Numbered from the stretch's first letter, positions 48,974-61,991 are shown. The stretch is DNA of 64,000 nt from a virus (IMGVR_UViG_3300046167_000476:813-64812), one strand, 5' to 3'. Notes: a model not told the origin generated them from the letters alone. Program-made: numbers and translations.

Positions 48974-51900
48974 TCAATGTTTAATTCCCTCCGGATTAAG
49001 TTTTTTTCTTTTTTGTAGTTTTCTTTTTCTTACTCTTTTTATCTCTTTTCTATACCCTAACTCCCAATCTTGCCAACCAGCAGCCATAGCTATTCTTTCC
49101 CACATATCATAGTCTTCATTTAAAGCACCTTGTATATTTTGTGATTTACGTAAAGCTCTATCAACAGGAATGTTTGTCGTAGCTGAAATAACATTAGCTA
49201 TAGCCATATATGCTTGATTATCTAAACTAAATTTCATGTCATCAAATGCTCCATACTCAGCTGCTTTTAACGCGTTTGCTATTTTCTTATACTTAGATCC
49301 CACTGTTGGAGATATGCTGACTACTTCTTTGATAGCTTTAGAGTATTTAGGATTCTTTTTGCTAGACTCACTGTTTATAACCATAAGAGCATTCTTCACT
49401 TGAGCTGTTATTGCCCCTGGTATACCAGTACCTCTAAGTAATGAGTCAGCCATACCGTTAGCAACTCTTCCTGATTTAGATAATAGCTTTTCATCTTGTT
49501 CGTCATCAGCAAAAGCTAAGCCAAATAAAGCATTTTGTATTGCGTTAAATATTAAGTTTTGCACAAAGCCGTAGTAAACAATCTTAGATGTATTCTCTCT
49601 CCAATCACCTCTTTTATTAGCAAGGTCTAGCATAGCTTTTTTCTGCAGTCTAGCATACTGCATTGGTGTATTAGCAAAAGCTAAAACAACTCTACCTAAG
49701 TTACCAGCCTGTTGTTGACTTATCTTGTCTGTTCTAGACGACTGTTGAGATTGTTCAGATATCTCCTTGAAATCTACAAAAGCTTTTTCTTTAGCCTCCA
49801 TCTCAGATAGCCCTTGCTTTTTATAAGTATTTATTCTATTTCTATAGAAAGTTGCACCACCCGAAGCTATAGCAAAACTATCAGCATACTTAGTAAATAC
49901 AAAACCTTTTTTTAGTATTGTATTTATTATACCTTTAGCACCTGAGTCAGCAGCTATTTCAGCCTCACTTACATTTAACTTTAATCCATCACGTCTAGCT
50001 GTTAAGTAGTCAGAGTTCATTATCTCTAAGAAATCTTTAGAATATTGCTTTACATCTACTAACCTAGCACTGGCTTTTAAAGGATTGTTATCTGTCCAGT
50101 TTATAAAGTTTATACTAGACAATGTCTGTAAAACTGCTGATCTTGTGTTTAAAAACATTATAGCACCCACAGAATTATTTATATAATCCAAAGCTCTGTC
50201 ACCCGCAGTATTCTGTGAACTTCTATTTCTACCAGACTGCATTCTCTGTAAAGTACCTTCTAATGCTTTTCTATATTTCTTACCATAAGCTGCCTCTAGC
50301 TTATTCAAATTAGCTTCTGAAAATATTTCATCTTTGTTTTGTTTCCACTGCTCTAAATACTTAGCTCTTTTAACTTTACCAAGCAGTGTTCTAGCATCGC
50401 TAGTTAATGTACCACTAAGCCAATTTTTACCTGGTTCAGCCCAACCATCACCTTTAGTTGTTGATAAGAGTTCATTAGCAAAAGCTTCATACGTAGGGTT
50501 ATCTTTTATAACTTTATTTAGTTCAGCTAAATCAGATTTGCTTAAACCAGGAACTTCTACACCCATTTTTGTCCACATGCGAACTCTTAAAGCCTGCTCA
50601 TTTGTAAAACCTGTTTCATTCTTCTTTCTTAGTTTTTTAGGTATAACACCTAATCTACTTTTCAAAGCTCTAACATCATTGACTAACGACATTTGATCTC
50701 TAATGATATTGTCTTCAGCTCTAGCGAATGGATCGAATAAGTTTTCTTTGTAGAACTTAAGGGCGTCTTCACCTTTTTTACCTTTTGGCAGAGTCTTATA
50801 TAGTAGACCAGCAAAATCCTCAGCTGTTGGTGATATAAATATATCAAACCTGCCTTTTCCTTTACCCATTATCTCAGCTTTAGCTGCTCCAAAAGTTTTT
50901 TCTGAAGCTATGCCTGTTTTTTCTTGTATTATATCGTTAAATGTTTTTCCTAGCTTTTCTGTGCTAATTGCTAATTGTACTTTACTCTTAACATCTACTA
51001 CACTTAATATATCTTTAACAGCTTTAACATTACCTAAGTGATCATCAGCAAAGTAAAAGTCATTATAACCTTGAGCTGCTTTCTCAAGCATCCAGTTAGC
51101 TTTAGCCGATGGAGCTCCATTTGCTAAACCTGTTATGTTTTCTAACGGTATATCTAAACCTAGTCCTTTTAAAAAACTTCTTATAGCTGGAGCTGCATTT
51201 GCTGGTCTAGCAGTTAACACGAACATATCTCTTTCTCCTGGGCTTTCACTTATAAACTTTGCCACCTCAAATAAAGGTCCTTTTTTACCTTCCATTACTT
51301 TACTAAACTCAGAGAAATCAAACTTAGCTCCTTCTGCTTCTAAGGACTCAGATCTTTTAGCAAATTCATTTGCATTAAGTTTTCCTTTAGTACCGTCAGG
51401 CATTGTATAAAGCACGTTAGATTTAGATCTAGCTAGTGTATCATCGAAATCAAAAACTCTAGCTTTTTTAGTTTCTTTTAATTTCTTCTGAGCCAACCTA
51501 ATAGCTTTATCTCTGTTGTTTAACTTGTCGAGTAATTCAGCATTACTAGAGTTCTTGTTATCTAAAGTACCTGCTTTCTTAGACAACTCAACATTAGCTT
51601 TCCAACTAGACTTAACATCTGCTTTATTATTTAAAGAACTTTTTAGTATAACTTCATTAGATTTACTAGGTTCTAAAGATATTGCAGCAACTTTATCTTT
51701 CATCCAAGGCACATTCAGCTCTCTTAATTTTGCTCCAACTCGCTGAGCATTCTGTGTCATTAACTTATCGTATAAAGTTTCTTTAAAGCCACTTTCAACT
51801 GTTACATAGTCCTTTAAATTTTCGAGATCTAAAACCATCCTAGCTAAACCAGAGGTGTTTGTAGTACCGCCTAGCCTATCTATTACGTCTAGGTATTTTT

Positions 51901-54900
51901 TAAAAGATATAATGCCCTTATAGTCGTTCATTATTTTTTTACCATCTTTCATCCATCTACCTTCTACAATAGCTTTAGCTTCTTGCATCGACTGCTCTAA
52001 AGAAGACTTTAAATGTTCCAACTTCATTCTACCAGGTTCACCTGTTTTCTTTACAGCCATGATTGGCACAAACTGTCTACCATAACCAGAAGTAGCTCCA
52101 CTATTTTCAGCCGCTAATTGATATATAACTTTTGCTCTTTTTTCGAATTCAGCTGGAGTTTTAGCATCATATAAATATCTTTGCTTAGCAACACCCATAG
52201 CGTAATAAACATCTGATTTATATGCATTATCTTTAGAGTTTATGTATTTATTAAGAACATTTATATCTCCAGTATTTTGAAATTTTTGTAACGCATTCTT
52301 TTGCTGTGCATCACTCATAAAATCTCCAGGCTCTATATTATCAAATACACCTTTCTCATACAATTTACCTAGATTATCTACTATTCTTTCATACTGACCT
52401 TTACTAAGATCACTCTCTGATATCAACTTACCTTCTGTGGTTATTTTTCTAGCATCCTTACCTACATTTCTAGCGGTACCTCTACTAGTACTTCCAAACG
52501 ACTGTAGTAGAACCTCTTTAGTAAAATATTTCTGTAAATCTTCAGGGTAATACTTTGAAAGTTCACTTATTCCATCTAAAAAGGTTTCAAGTCTAGCTGT
52601 ATCAAATATAGATCTTTTCATCTCAGGACCTTCAGTACCTTTTATAAATACTCCTTTTTTAAACTTACCAGTTTTTCTTTTAAAAGTCTCTGTTGAACGC
52701 ATAGACTTACCGGTGTTGCCATCTATGATATTGCTTATATCAACGCCTTTAGGCGCACCATTTATCTCCGCTATTTTAATATCAGCTTTATCTGAAGTCT
52801 TAAATGTTGGAGCGTCAGCTTTGCCTTCTTCAGCCTTAGCTATATTATCTTGTATAATTTCGCTTTCAAATCTTTCTACAAAAGTAGGATTAGTTTCTCT
52901 TAACTTTTCTCTATCTACTAAAAAATTACCAATTAATCTTTTAATAGTAACTTCGTTTAGTCCAGGTGTATTTTTTAATTTACCTAGCACCTGTTGAGCT
53001 AGCATAGGATTTTTACCATCAGCTAACTTCTGTAACTCTATAGCTGTTGCTCCTTCTATTTTCATATTTGATCTAGCAACGTTATTCACCAGACCTCTAA
53101 ACACTAACTCCGCTAAGCCTTTTATCTGTTGAACTTGTTTATCTCTATATAATTTACCTTCTGGCTCTTTTAGTAAATCTTTTACATCCTTTATACTTAT
53201 GTTTTTCTTTAATTCATATACGTTCTTACTACCTATTTTTCTTTTATTGTAAAATGCTTCTTGTATAGAGTTTGGCACACCTGTAGACTTTTTATCCAAC
53301 GTGTAACCTTCAGGTAAAATATTAAGTACCATTTGAGCATTTTTGTTTAGCTCAGATCTTAATTTTCTAAAACCTTCCATAGAACCTTGGGGTAAGTTTC
53401 TAGCGGGTACCGTGAACCACTTTGGTAGTAAATCTCCTTTAACCTTTTTACCATCAGATGTTGTTTTATCTTTTTCACGTATATCGTATGCCTTCGCTAG
53501 AGCTTTAGCAGCGTTTTCCCCTAGTCTTAAAGATTTATATGTTTCTTTAGTTAAGCTTTTTTCTTGTAAATCTTTCTGTATTTCAGGTACTAAATCATTT
53601 ACAACATCTATACTTAATTCTAGTTTTTTAGGATCTGTTTTTTTTGTTTTCCGAAACAATTTTTTCATCAAAATCTCTAGTCTCCTCAGACATCACAGAT
53701 TGTGCTTCTTTACTTTCAAGATCTTTATTAAATAAGTCACCTTGCTGGCCTAGTCTTTTTAGTATATTACCAAGTCTACCTCCACCAAACGCACCGCCAC
53801 CAAACAAGGCTTGTCTAGCATAAGCGCCAAACGGCACGTCTTTTAATTTAGCATCTCTTTTTAAATAAGTACCGAGAATTTTATCGTATATCTCTGATCC
53901 AACCTCCATTTCAAACATCTCTCTTGATACACCTAATCCTTTTACAAATTTTCTATTTACAAAGCTTTGTATTAAACCTTGATTATTTTCATAAACCTTA
54001 CCTATAAGATCCGTTTTGTTTCCAGTTGATTCAAACTCTTCAAAAGCTTTTTTATTTGCATTAGATAGGTCTAAAGACTCTTGTTTTAACTCTTTTTGAG
54101 CAGTTTTATCTATGTTTAATACTTTACCAGTCTGTTTCTCAATTAGTTTCTTACCGTCTTTAGTTATTTCTATATCTTGAAATCGCTTTATTAATTTTGG
54201 GCTATAGTTACCTTTACCAAAGTCTTTACTTAGTCTAGATAAAAACTTGACAACAGCATCAGGATTATTTAGTTCAGGTAATAAAACCTTACCTAGCTTT
54301 GTATTTTCTAAAGCAGTACCTGTTAAAGATTTTTCTAAAAAAGTATTTATATTTTGCTTTAGAGATCCTAAGACGTTGTTTTCTATTAACATGTCTCTAT
54401 TTTCAGGTCTACTTAGCAAGTCAATTAAGTTAGCGTTAAATTCCTCAAAAGTTGAATCCTTATCTTGTGTTTTTTCGTAAGCTTCTTTAACTGCTTCAGG
54501 TAAGTTTTCTATATTTCTTACTTCTCCAGTTCTTGGATCAACAGTTTCAAAATTCATTTTACCAACAGACTTAGCTAATCCTTCTTGTAGTGCTTTTTGT
54601 ACACCTACATCTTTACCGAAAGTTAGACGCGAAACAACGTGATATATTTCATGAGGAAGCGTACCTTCATTCATTTTAGAAACATCAACATTTACGTGTA
54701 GTTTACCATTACGTTTTGTAACAGCTGCTGATTCTCCTTCACCTAGCTTCATACCTCTACCGTTGGTAGATACATTCATAGTAAAAGCCTCTGTGCCATT
54801 TTCTTTTTTATACTGCTTGTTGAATTTCTGTAATAAACCTTGAGTCTCCGCTGCCAACACGTTTTTATCTAAGAATCTTTCTCTATTTTCAGCTACTCTT

Positions 54901-57701
54901 ATTTGATTTATTAATTCATTTCTTAATTGAAATTGGTTACCTAATTGATCTGTCGCATCTCCTTTTTCTAACCTACTAGTTATTTCTTTGTTTGTTTTAA
55001 GTAATAGATTTCTTTTAGACTGCATAGTCAAACTCCTGTCAGCCTTACTAGCATGTGTTAATCCAATCATACTAAACTGCAAAACCTCCATAAAAGTGTG
55101 CTTAGCCCAGTCCTCCATATCACCATACTTCTCCTCTACAAAAGTGTCGAAAGATTTTTTGTTTTGAAGGTCAGCTATTAGGGCTTCTAATGGAGCAGCT
55201 GTTTGTGCACCAGCAGCACCACCTAAACCGGAGTATAAACCTTTTTCTAAAGCAGTATTCATCGCTGCGGCTCCAGAGAAACCTTTAAACACATTAGTAG
55301 GTAATATTTTTCTCATAGCGTGACCACCAATTACAAAACCAGCACCTGCGCCAGTAGGCATATCAACGCCAAAAATAGGATATAGTAACGCCATCTTACC
55401 TTCTTCTTGAGCTCCTTGAATAAACAATGCTTGGGCCTTGTTGAATGCAGTACCTGTGGCTTTACTGAAGCCTTTCGACTTAGCGTATGCATCAATACTC
55501 ATTTTAGCTTTTTTAGCTCTAGCTGCCATAATGGCTCTAGATACAGGTGTTACGCTGTTTCTACCAGCTTTAGCTAAGTAGGTTACGTTTTTTAATTTAC
55601 TTAAATAGTTAGCCATACCAAAAGCGTTACCCATACCTCCAGTCATAGCACTAACTAAACCTAATTCCGCGATCATAGGTACAAAACCACCTAGACCAGT
55701 CCAAAACTGTTCTCCGAAGCCCTGCTTGAAAGAATCCATTTGCTCAGCAGATAACTCAAAAGGCTTTTGATCTGGTTCTAATGTTGTATTTATCTTACTT
55801 ATTAATGCCTCTGCATCATTCAAGTCATCTCTATCTGTTCTAAATAAATTATCTTTTCTAAAACTATCAGAACCAGCATTACCTTGTCCAGGCATTGCGT
55901 CTAGTGCACCAGCTAAAAAATTACCAGCTTGACTTACAACATCGTCAGCTTTTATTGAGCCTGGATCTACATTCAAAAGATACAATTGCTTCCATGCGGC
56001 GTGCTCTGTAGACAGTCTTTTTTGAGTTTGTCTTGTGTTTTCTACGTATCTATGCAAATCACTCATTTGAACAGTAGCTTCACCGTTTTTAGCCTCAGGT
56101 TTATCTATTTTTAAAGTATTTTTAACTTCATTAGAAGGTATAGATGATAAGCTAGATAACAAGTCCTTTAACTTAACACCTTTTATAACTCCAGCAGAAC
56201 CTTCTTTTTTACTTATTGAATAACCTTTATCGTAAAGACTAGCCATCCATATGTTTGGAGTAACCTGTATGTCAAACTCTTTAGTGTTTATCTCTTCTTG
56301 AAAACCACTAAATTCAGCCAAGTGTATTCTGTAATCATTTTGTACTGTTTGAGAGTCTGAGGTGTCTAGTTTCTTTTTTAACTCAACTTTAGCTATATCG
56401 TAGTCTTTTGTTAAATCAACAACGTCTATACCACTTGCTTTAGCTAATGCAGGTGAAATTCTAGTTCCGTCTGGGGCAAATAAAAACTCAGCATCTTCAT
56501 CTATAGCTTGTTTTAGTAGAAGCGAAGATCTTTCTTTTAGTTTTTCAAATTCATCTGATAAAGCACTTTGAGACACATCACCAACACCTGTATTAGGTTG
56601 ATTTAGGCTTTCTTTTATTTTAATTAATCTATCATTAACCTTAGCAAGTTCTTTTTGTTTAGGGTCTTTTATACTATTTATATGTTGTAACTTCTCTCTG
56701 TTGCTAGCTTCTAACCAATTTCCAGACTCTTTAAGTGGTTTAACATATTGCTCAATGATATTATATTCATTTAATTGCTCTTCTTTAGCAGACATGTCTT
56801 GTAACATTTTATCTACTAATTTATCAGGTTGAGTACCTGTTAAACCAATGTCTTCAGAATTTATACCACCAAAAAAACCAGAGCCTGATATGTCTCTATT
56901 TTCAGCATATTTCTCAACAGAGTTTTTTCTTACATAATCTCTAAAACCATCTGACTGCATCAAAGAGTTTATAGGCATAGTGGGATCATAAGGAATATCT
57001 TCAGATTCAATATAATCATAAGCCAATTGCTCTATATTGTCAGTTATAGAACTTTCAAATTTTTTAATATTTTTTTGATTTTGTACATTTAAATCCTCAT
57101 TGAAGTTGTCTTTTAGAAAATTATTTATAACTTCTTGAGGATCGTCCCCAATACCTTGCTGGGGAGAGGTTTTACTACCTGACAAATCGAACGGATCAGC
57201 TTGCCTCATACGCGCTTGAGCCATAGGATTTGAAAGACCCTTAGTATTTACCGTTATAGATTCACCGTTTAAAGCTTTTATAGTTACGTTATTTACATTT
57301 GAAGTAAATTCAAATCCACCATTCTTACCACCATACATTTGATTATAAGCGTTAGCTATATCTTTAGGTGATTGTTTTTTAAAATTTGGAATTTGAAATA
57401 TTTTACCGTATTTTCTATCTTTAGGTGGTTTAACTTTTACTGAATCCAAAGAAGTATCTTCCGAAGGTAACTCCGTAACGCCTGCTTGTGATGCTGTCAT
57501 TGGCTGCACTACATCCGCATCCGCTGCAGCGCTTGTTGGAAAATCCTGTGGTTCGTTTTCAACCTCTTGCTCTATAACCATACCTTTTTCATCTAGAACG
57601 CCCATAAAAACAGCATTACTAAATTTACTTAAAAAATCTTGCTCCTTAGCTTCAGATACATCATAAGGATTACCGTCGACTTCATATCTTTTTACTGGCA
57701 T
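48974..57701 (-). CDS. Giant (~2900 aa) internal virion/ejection protein with HExxH, sigma-region-2-like and HAD segments; frameshift near 53640-53670
   Basis: The 1357-aa and 1565-aa ORFs overlap at T-homopolymers; last and largest gene of the GNAT-pilot-ejection cassette. Confidence 0.7.
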
Positions 57702-57721
57702 ATTTTATTTAATTTTATTAG

Positions 57722-59424
57722 TTATAATCTTGGTTTGCGTTAGTTTTTTTACTCATAGTTGCTTTTAGTATCCTATCTACTTCTCCAGCTTTTATTCCTG
57801 GATTTAGCAACTCTATTATTGTTTTACGCATAGTGGTAGGGCTTGATAAGTCCACACCTATTACTCTCTTACCCCTCATATATGCTAAAGGTGTTTTTGG
57901 ACTTTGATCTTTCCACGCTTCTTTCGCCTCCTCCTGTGTAAACCCATCAGCTTTATATTGACTTAAAAACTGACTTTCTAGATCTGGGGGTGTTTACTAT
58001 TTTTTCATCTGTAGCTAAACGCTTTTTATTTAATATAGTTAAAAAGGAACCTTGTTCTTCTAAAGTAAACTTTTTACTACCTCGCTCTTTTGTTTCGCCT
58101 GTTGAAGAAAGTACTTCATTTAAAGTTTCATTTGCAAAATTAACTTTATTATTGAACTTAATCTGTGTACTTGTTGGATCATCTTCATCCGGAGCTTTTA
58201 CAGCTGTAATTTTTCCAATGTTCTTAGTGTATATTCTGTTTGGTATTTTTTGGCCATCTTTTTCAATATACTTTTTAAGACCAGGTATATTTTTTACATC
58301 TTCATCCGTAACTTCTCTAGACTCACCCATAGCTTCAAGATCTTTTCGCGTGACTTGATCTATTAAAAAAGCTTCTCTTTGCTTCATAGTAGCGTTTTCA
58401 TAAGCTTCTGCTGTATCACTTGTCCATTTTAATCTACCGGTGATAAACTGTCTTTGTTGTTTAATATCTTGAGACATTAACCCTTTTGCGTTAGCTTTTA
58501 ATAGGTCCATATAAGCAACATTACTTCTTAATGATTGCTCATCAATAACCTGCTCTCTATACTGAAAACCACCTGCAGTTCTTGTAGTTATGTTTTGAAA
58601 CACAAAATCTTTGGTAAGATTTTCTTTCTCATCAACTATACCAATTTCTTGAAATCTTTTATTTCTATCACTAAAGCTCATTATAGGTTGAAAAAATGTA
58701 CCATCCCATTTAGATAGATCACGCTCAAACTTTACATTAACGTAACCGTTAGATTCTTCATATTCATCTAGTTGACCAGATTCTTTAAATTTATTATACA
58801 CTTCGCTACCAACTTTTATTCGTGAGTTTACTGTTAGTATATTTGAGTTGTTATCATTAGCAATTACGCTTACCTCACTTTCAATACCTGGTGTTTTTCT
58901 ACCACTAATAGCTACTACGCCTATTAGATTGGAAACTTCATCACCACTAGCAGGTGCGTGGCCATTTACTATTTGGTCTATAGTAGCTTCATTAAACTCT
59001 TGAGCTCCAGTAGATATATTGTTTATTTGATTTTTAGTGTTGGTCATGTAAGACTGAAAATCAGTAATAGATTTTCTATACTTTTGCCTTTGCTGTTTAC
59101 TTAAATTAGTATTTATACCTAATTCTGCTGAAGCTGCCATAGCGGCAGCACTTTTATCTTGGAATATTTTAGTGAGTTCTGATTTAACCCTATGTCTTTT
59201 ACCCCTGATACAATTTTTAATATATCCTTATCTTGTTGTAACTCAGTGTTAACTAAATAATCTATTTTCAGCTTCTTTTATTTTTTTTGCTTTTCTGCAG
59301 CTATTTTTTTGCTTCACCGTATTTATGTTATACCAGCGCTAACAATATCACCTATTTTACTAACACCTTGAGCCCATATCTCAGCTGATCTATCTACTAT
59401 TATTTGTGGGTTTCTATAACTCAT
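57722..59424 (-). CDS. Second ejection (internal virion) protein; several frameshifts, ends approximate
   Basis: Start MSYRNPQIIVD at 59424; 395-aa core 57953-59140. Confidence 0.5.
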
Positions 59425-59429
59425 ATTAT

Positions 59430-60165
59430 ACTTTATTTTTAAAGATCTGCCTCTATTACTGAGGAGGGCTATATTACCAACACCACTCATCGCATTGCTC
59501 CATGCAGACGCTTTAGCTTGATTAGCTGAAGCTTCAGCCGCTTGCGCTTGTGATATTTGACTAGCTGCTCTATCAAGATCCATGTTAGTTCTATTTTCTT
59601 CGGCTTGAAACATAAACTGTTGACCAGCGGCTTCTGCTGCTTGCACTCTTTGACCCTCTGATATAGCTACGCTCTGCATACGTTGTTGTTCAGACATTTT
59701 AGCGTTCATTAAGTTTTGTTCTCCTTGAGCTCTTAGTTTTTCGTTTTGAGCTTCTTGCTGTTCTATGCTAGCCGCAACACCTTGTTTGCTTTGCAAAGCT
59801 GCTTGAGCTAAAGCAGTAGCTCCACCAGCTGAAGCACCTGTAGCTCTCAATGTGTCTAGTGTATTTGCTAAAGATATATCAGCTTGTTCTATTTGTATCT
59901 CAGCTGCTTTAGTTGCAACACCTAAGCTCTCAAATGGATTAGATAGTTGGCTACTAAGGTCAGTAGCTAAACTACTAAGATCTTCAGTAGAGGCGTATGG
60001 ATTTGTTATCTCCTGTCTAGATTCTTTAATAGACTCTAACTCAGCCTCAGCTCTTTGCTTTTCTCCTCTAGCTCTCCTAGCTGCCTTACCAGCTGCTCCT
60101 CCAGCTATAGCACCACCCGCTAAACTTGCTGCTGCTCCTACAGCCATTGCCGTTACTACACCCAT
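59430..60165 (-). CDS. DNA pilot/first ejection protein; true stop obscured by a frameshift
   Basis: Gly/Ala-rich hydrophobic N-terminus, Gln/Ala coiled coil, GASAGGATALAQAA. Confidence 0.65.
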
Positions 60166-60168
60166 AAT

Positions 60169-60573
60169 TTATATTTTTTTTACTAATTCCCTAGAAGACT
60201 TGCTGTCTACGTTCCAACCAAGCTCTTCGTGTATATTTATTAATGATTCATTTCTACCTATAGAGAACATATACTTTACACCATTACTTCTACAAACTTC
60301 TTCAGCTGCATTTATTAAAAGCGCTATAGCTTGTTTTCTGTCAGCTTCTCTATAATCAGGATTAGATACAACCCATTCTAGTAAAGCTCCCTTAGAGTTA
60401 GTGTAATATATGAAACCCGCCACAATAGGCACGTCTTTTTCAACCATTAAACCTCCTTTACCATTATCAGGTAAAAAATCTCTAGGTGGATTTTGCCATT
60501 CAGGCCATTCATCCCACCAAGAACATAAGGTTTCCCAGTCGCTCTCTTTTAATTTTCTAATATTTAATTGCAT
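60169..60573 (-). CDS. GNAT-family acetyltransferase-like protein (T7 gp13-like position)
   Basis: IRKLKESDW...LEWVVSNPDYR...LLINAAEE...LGW. Confidence 0.7.
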   Translation of the reverse strand: MQLNIRKLKESDWETLCSWWDEWPEWQNPPRDFLPDNGKGGLMVEKDVPIVAGFIYYTNSKGALLEWVVSNPDYREADRKQAIALLINAAEEVCRSNGVKYMFSIGRNESLINIHEELGWNVDSKSSRELVKKI

Positions 60574-60583
60574 TTAATTGTAT

Positions 60584-61957
60584 TTAATAAGCAGATGTCA
60601 CATAATCTGATGACACTGCAAATAATTCAAGTGGCAAACTTCTGTTGTCACTATCTGATTTTATTGTAACTGTTGAATAATAACCCTTAACACCAGTCAT
60701 ACTAGCACCAAATACAACTTCTCCAGTAGTAGCTGGACTAGAGTTAACTAAATTAGCGTAGTACTTACCTTCTTTTTTATCAAACCCAGCATGTACTTTT
60801 ACTCCATAAGTTGGATCTATATAAGCACCATCGTCAAAACTTAGCACAGGTTTAGACGTGTCATTTGACTCAAAACTTCTAGCCGCATTAAAGCTTGAAA
60901 CTTCCCAGCCATTAGAGCCTTCGTAGTTCACAGTTTTAAATACTTTTGATGTACTAGGGCTTGGATTAAACACGAACTCTATAGATGAATCGTATTGAAA
61001 TCCGTATAAGTTATTTCTAAGTGCTGTTGGTGAATAGTGTTGCCATAATTTACCGCTTTTAACAGAGTAGTAATTACTACCTAAGCTAAAAACCTGCTCT
61101 GGGTTGTAGTCAAAGAAACTAGTCCAACCAAGTACAGCTTCGTCAAAAGACAATGTATTATAACTACTTGTTTTTTGTAAGCTTAAAACATACTGCTTAT
61201 TATGAATATCCCAAGCTCCAATAGCTTTTCCAGGTATAGATATATTATCTAAAGTTGATAATTCATCTCTAAAATAATCAACCATACCATAGTTAGATAT
61301 TTCAGTTATACCATCTCTTGATAATCTTAAAACAGCATTTCTATTTTTATCTGTAAAGTATTTTCTATAACCATATACAGCAAAGCTTTCTGGGTTTTTA
61401 CTTATACCGAAGTTTCCTGCGTAAGGTACTATTTGACCTATAACTAAGTTAGATGAAGTAACACTACCGCCTCCTTCAGCGGAGTATATAGCGTCTTTAT
61501 CTATCAATGCTCTACTGACTTTATTTTCTTGAAATACAATTAAGTTAGTGTCTTCAGCATAAAGCTTTTGTATACTACCATTAGCTGGATCTACGGACTT
61601 TGTTATATCTTTACCAACACTAAATACATTAGTATCGTTTACACCTGTTCTAGAGTTAAATATACCTGAGTATATCATTGAGTTAGATCTAGTTGATGAG
61701 TTAGGCTCGTCTTCAACTAAATAAGCTCTAACACCGTAAGACACGTTTGTATTGTTGTAACCTCCTCTAATCCTAGCTTCTTCAACGTAGTAACTATAGT
61801 TTTGATTAACTGTGTTTGATGCTAAAACAGGGTAACCTACCAGCCTACACCTGCTAGGTACACCAGTGGATCCGTTCCAAACAGGAACATTACTATCGTT
61901 CTGAGTCTTCTTTAAGATAAAAGAGTTAAAAAACTTAACTTCTATTACTGCCGCCAT
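60584..61957 (-). CDS. Tail stabilisation/muzzle protein, C-terminal-like subunit
   Basis: GISKNPESFA.YG...YFTDK...VLRLS.DG, W.SFFDY.P and KVFKT..YEG motifs. Confidence 0.7.
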   Translation of the reverse strand: MAAVIEVKFFNSFILKKTQNDSNVPVWNGSTGVPSRCRLVGYPVLASNTVNQNYSYYVEEARIRGGYNNTNVSYGVRAYLVEDEPNSSTRSNSMIYSGIFNSRTGVNDTNVFSVGKDITKSVDPANGSIQKLYAEDTNLIVFQENKVSRALIDKDAIYSAEGGGSVTSSNLVIGQIVPYAGNFGISKNPESFAVYGYRKYFTDKNRNAVLRLSRDGITEISNYGMVDYFRDELSTLDNISIPGKAIGAWDIHNKQYVLSLQKTSSYNTLSFDEAVLGWTSFFDYNPEQVFSLGSNYYSVKSGKLWQHYSPTALRNNLYGFQYDSSIEFVFNPSPSTSKVFKTVNYEGSNGWEVSSFNAARSFESNDTSKPVLSFDDGAYIDPTYGVKVHAGFDKKEGKYYANLVNSSPATTGEVVFGASMTGVKGYYSTVTIKSDSDNRSLPLELFAVSSDYVTSAY

Positions 61958-61962
61958 TGTTT

Positions 61963-61991
61963 TATAATTACTTGTTGATTAGATAAATTAC
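61963..61991 (-). promoter_or_regulatory. Late promoter motif copy (GTAAT-N15-GTAATTATA)
   Basis: Upstream of the 457-aa tail gene and the ejection operon. Confidence 0.65.

Noticed and set aside
48974-57701. crAss- or N4-like virion RNA polymerase
   Set aside because: No DxDGD/DFDID double-psi-barrel motif or T7-like motifs were found; the DFDDT here belongs to a full HAD motif set.
9219-59460. Frameshifts in terL, groEL (2), both fibres, the DenV-like gene, ejection genes and small ORFs, read as programmed frameshifting or pseudogenes
   Set aside because: More than a dozen single-base indels, many in homopolymers and in essential genes, with no shared slippery motif; long-read or assembly error is the simplest explanation.
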